From: an uncultured virus (IMG/VR IMGVR_UViG_3300020204_000044)
Lineage: Duplodnaviria > Heunggongvirae > Uroviricota > Caudoviricetes
Direction: 5' to 3' (one strand)
DNA length: 20,000 nucleotides
IMG/VR virus record: IMGVR_UViG_3300020204_000044
The translations under genes were made by a program, and so were the position numbers. The first letter of the stretch is position 1, and every line of letters begins with the position of its first letter. Shown here one piece after another: positions 18,901-20,000 of the stretch. The notes beneath the pieces were generated by a model. That model ran no database searches. It was given only the letters and a program-made list of their open reading frames with translations, and had not been told where the DNA came from.

Positions 18901-20000
18901 TGACGTTTCCAGTACTTGCAAAAGCAGTATTGGTTAAAGAAGAACCCCAGTCAGTAGGATTGGTCAACACAAATGCATCCACTGCACCTAGACCGTTGGT
19001 AAGGATATCGTCAATCTCAGCAACACCTGCCTGCAATCTTGTAACAGCAGTAGTAGATCCTACGTTACCTTCGTTTTGGCTAGTGGTATCTTGCGTTTCA
19101 GTGTTTCCAGAAGTAGGAGTAACTGCACTATTAGTAACAATATTGTCGGTAATAGATTTTAGATGTGTTAGTGTTGCGATAGTTTTGGCTTTGTCGTTGT
19201 TGCCTACGAGTTTGCCTGCTGGGCTTACCCGTGCAGAACGTAGTTCGTCTCCCACGATAGCAGTATTGCTGGGAACGCGAATTGGTAAGACTTCTTCGAA
19301 TAATCCTGTTTTGACATTTATAGTATAGTTTGGTATATCTTCAGAAGGTACACTAGATGTGTTTCCCGCTGTTACAGCATCGGTTATGATTTCTGCTAGT
19401 CCTTGGCAGATTGCCAGTGTACCGCTTTCTGCTGTATAAGTGGCATCTATTAACTGCAGAGTTCTATCTCCCGGAGAAATGCCATTCAAACCTTGATAAT
19501 TGTCTGCCGGTGCTGTGTTTGACAGAACATTACCGATCAATATCACGCCGTAATTTATAGCGGCAACCAACTGCTCATCCTCGTCGGCGATCGCAGGTAT
19601 CAATGCGGTGCCTGCTGTATTAAAATATGATCTAGTTGCTTCTATGGTTTTTATATTACCTGTATGTGTCAGATCGTAGATTATAGCATCTAGAATCAAT
19701 CCCATATCTCTTTCGCACAGTGCTTCATTATCATTGATGAACCCAGAAAATATACCGATGTTATTTGTGATCTGATAATCTACCCATTCGGTGATTTCTC
19801 TCTGCATGAATGTTCGATTCATTCTCAACAGATAAGCAGCATCGGGATATTCTGTTCCTAGATCGATCTGTTCGCAGGCGTAACGAACGCTGGCCCAGGG
19901 TTGATCTACAGTCATGCCATAGATCGGAGCAGGACTGTTCGTACCGTTAGGTCCTACATAAAATACGTTTTCGACTTTGCCGAAATATTCCCAGGCGGGC
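12992..20000 (-). CDS. Giant virion structural / tailspike-like protein (>2335 aa; true start lies beyond the right edge)
   Basis: The frame stays open upstream of the track's Met at 19915 (PAWEYFGKVENVFYVGPNGTNSPAPIYG-MTVDQPW), so the gene is truncated by the window. It has pectin-lyase-like beta-helix motifs (VFYV..NG...PW.SV.YA; TINVKTG.FEE.LPI.VP...AIVGDELRS; YVQNVTTFG...NDFTQVLSDGIG...NGNNSYG), four CxRD-type helical repeats, 12 SxD/NGxxW repeats and a C-terminal SQVRLTGHDFLDIGTG...GRVFYTSTDQDGNFRVG block. Confidence 0.88.
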   Translation of the reverse strand, partial: PAWEYFGKVENVFYVGPNGTNSPAPIYGMTVDQPWASVRYACEQIDLGTEYPDAAYLLRMNRTFMQREITEWVDYQITNNIGIFSGFINDNEALCERDMGLILDAIIYDLTHTGNIKTIEATRSYFNTAGTALIPAIADEDEQLVAAINYGVILIGNVLSNTAPADNYQGLNGISPGDRTLQLIDATYTAESGTLAICQGLAEIITDAVTAGNTSSVPSEDIPNYTINVKTGLFEEVLPIRVPSNTAIVGDELRSARVSPAGKLVGNNDKAKTIATLTHLKSITDNIVTNSAVTPTSGNTETQDTTSQNEGNVGSTTAVTRLQAGVAEIDDILTNGLGAVDAFVLTNPTDWGSSLTNTAFASTGNVTGATTGYDNARAQILANTAFIKAEITAWIAVQVAGSIAPFSASFTYDAAACARDVEYILDAVRYDLTYGGNTQTMIAAKAYYSFGEATFGEGEKDETLAAYARLKIVVGEVITEAAVTVSAGNALTQDVSGTAGTTASKNFGEERIQNIIDLITVDGVETAVGYPATVQPATSWVSTELQTAGTALNSARSEIQTHSVNYIKREFPDLVFDDATCSRDVGLIVDALRYDLMFNSNFASIKAGMSYRRGTASAQLVVANQLAATQTILDFISKKGAVIVSFGSSVMSQLLWDDIINYANTGTRPIIVGTMDPTTDIDRYNGSQILLLNKEFMVAEATAYVDQTFRATVSASTGGATDEFTCSSQTWMVAGDTVRFSGTVFGGISTNTTYYVLASGLTATTFKVSLTPGGSAVDLSTAAGSMLVKWYYNSASCQNDVRNYVEAIAHDMKFTGNYKSVMAARFYRNAFTGSKLEDMYYVSRGCGIRNQTLLGLDGTSDGNTAGAGDADGLTVANEYGTQRPLAGAYVSLNPGWGPNDENVWVTNKSTYVQNVTTFGTACVGQKIDGSLHAGGVDSIVSNDFTQVLSDGIGAWISNLGRAELVSVFTYYNYIGYLAENGGKIRATNGNNSYGDFGSVSEGIDITEVAVTGEVNNRADEADVRNVITNGSNILIYEFRNAGNDYTSATISTSGTGSGVQTIVNEFRDGGVFNIRLTDPGDSSGIGGEGYITAANQAQSGNTTQITLAAADNRTSTAYVGMSIYLITGTGAGQYGYIGTYNAGSKVATVFKDSDGTAGWDHVVPGTPIAAALDVTTSYEITPRIEMSAPPFTKTTANMNANSNWSDVVFGDGYGVYSAVAATGGAGSLANFNITRRYGVYSVEVNQGGALYAIGDTLTILGASLGGTTPANNLTLTVATATNPSGAITSVTVSGTAVTPKYVAVVNGSTAGAYSLDGVNWSSMTMPTATGGGGGEPDNQWVAITYDAYQNVSRFVAVAKGSSTAAYSFDGINWTSVSLGVVEDWSDVVGGNGTFVAIADSDSSTTWRSTSTNGGATWTSATVATGSKAIAYGGGRFVLVEGNFSNSVAYSTNGISWTVTTLPANDDSSESNWVDIAYGNGRFVAIADSSAMAAYSFNGATWYKSNLPSISEWSSISYGQGVFYVTSLGDAAASSPDGVTWTLRDGSFLPIDITSTNANSIPASTTARTLPSASTWQDVLWDGSKFVAIGYTTATSLGAYATSTDGATWTGGTIAQSGGNWEYTCLAYNGTNQYVALIGGNGGNNDIATSANGTTWSTTANALPANSFWKQVIWDGSKYVAIRADSANIATSANGTSWTGSAVSGGSSDATSIAVGAIGATTYYIIVSGGASASQAVSHSTNSASTWTTANSMPSSDLWSSVAYGNSRFVAVAGNTATTTTKAAYSTNGTTWTAATMPGAAARWIKVIWTGTAFLAFAYNSNRTAYSTNGVTWIEGPAQSSTADWFTAASTGTTTYTVATLATSTTTTASSMEFAVEVNWLTTTSTTTGLNVGDRVRFIRDSSGSEIFGGVRTDSGKIYFVNSIYDATRFSISETSGGSTFALSTGSGSMLALTSKTYVASAFGNYQSYPRWVVIGSNSQGVLNIRQGTRARARSLVTGEGLITEIWIHEPGSGYVAAPTLTITDPNNTGPDATTQVRIGNGVIAQPTFTNRGTLYTAAAAEVAGNGYADNYQVTAFVSFKNLTGIPKAGSNVQIAGIDDVYYRLVNVTGLLTNPDGTYDATLQLSPAIGAAEAPEHDTTTTIRRRYSQVRLTGHDFLDIGTGNFTESNYPGLPLNDPIPANETRVGGGGRVFYTSTDQDGNFRVGGLFNVEQSTGVATLNADAFNIAGLNELSLGSVALGGSGATISEFSTDPFFTQDSDSVVPTQRAIKAYITSQIGGGGSSLNVNTLTAGVIYVAGQSISTTTNVQININSKVNFKGGIAGDALVLNYFLQAN
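14430..16100 (-). repeat. Twelve Asp-box/BNR-like protein repeats (two sets of six), probably two beta-propellers
   Basis: First set: SLDGVNW, SFDGINW, STNGGATW, STNGISW, SFNGATW, SPDGVTW. After a linker, second set: STDGATW, SANGTTW, SANGTSW, STNSASTW, STNGTTW, STNGVTW. Confidence 0.75.
17549..19720 (-). repeat. Four C-x-(R/N)-D...DA...D(L/M)...(G/S)N helical repeat domains inserted in the beta-helix
   Basis: LCERDMGLILDAIIYDLTHTGN (about 19655-19720), ACARDVEYILDAVRYDLTYGGN (about 18689-18754), TCSRDVGLIVDALRYDLMFNSN (about 18197-18262) and SCQNDVRNYVEAIAHDMKFTGN (about 17549-17614). A fifth copy is in the left giant protein (about 4104-4169). Confidence 0.8.

Noticed and set aside
1060..18921. 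Short alternative-frame minus-strand ORFs (1060-1293, 2591-2776, 7919-8113, 10202-10525, 10278-10490, 10821-11009, 11614-11808, 11739-11945, 18736-18921)
   Set aside because: They are fully nested out of frame in well-supported genes and have no independent evidence.
880..19328. All plus-strand ORFs in the track (e.g. 880-1179, 2749-3156, 7630-8022, 18825-19328)
   Set aside because: They are antisense shadows of long Gly/Ala/Thr/Ser-rich minus-strand genes. Most have TTG/GTG starts and no recognisable motifs.
19913..19915. Met at 19915 as the start of the giant protein
   Set aside because: The frame is open to the window edge and the Met lies mid-motif (VFYV..NG...G-M-T...PW). There is no SD.
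1..20000. Stop-codon recoding, selenocysteine, tRNA/rRNA genes, introns or inteins
   Set aside because: Genes tile densely in the standard code and end in TAA or TGA at sensible positions. Intergenic gaps are under 80 nt and show no cloverleaf, and I saw no splicing motifs.

Overview
A 20 kb segment of a large tailed-phage genome, T4-like/cyanomyovirus-like by inference, with every credible gene on the minus strand. In transcription order (right to left) it holds a giant beta-helix/propeller virion protein (>2335 aa, open at the right edge) and two small virion or fibre-type proteins. These are followed by three tandem, paralogous Cys/Gly-rich proteins (about 10% Cys), a 16-codon micro-ORF and a putative fibre-assembly chaperone. 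Next come a GT9-like glycosyltransferase overlapping a NodU/CmcH/TobZ-family O-carbamoyltransferase, two more small virion-type proteins, and a second giant virion protein (>1450 aa, open at the left edge and missed by the ORF track). The most notable structure is the enzyme pair embedded in the late structural cluster. It has its own near-consensus sigma70-type promoter hidden inside a terminator hairpin upstream, and a late-type TAAATA promoter in the loop of an RBS-sequestering hairpin downstream. The flanking virion proteins carry D-S-S motifs as insertions in otherwise regular repeats. Together these suggest a phage-encoded system that glycosylates and carbamoylates virion proteins. This is an inference; DNA or host-surface modification are alternatives.
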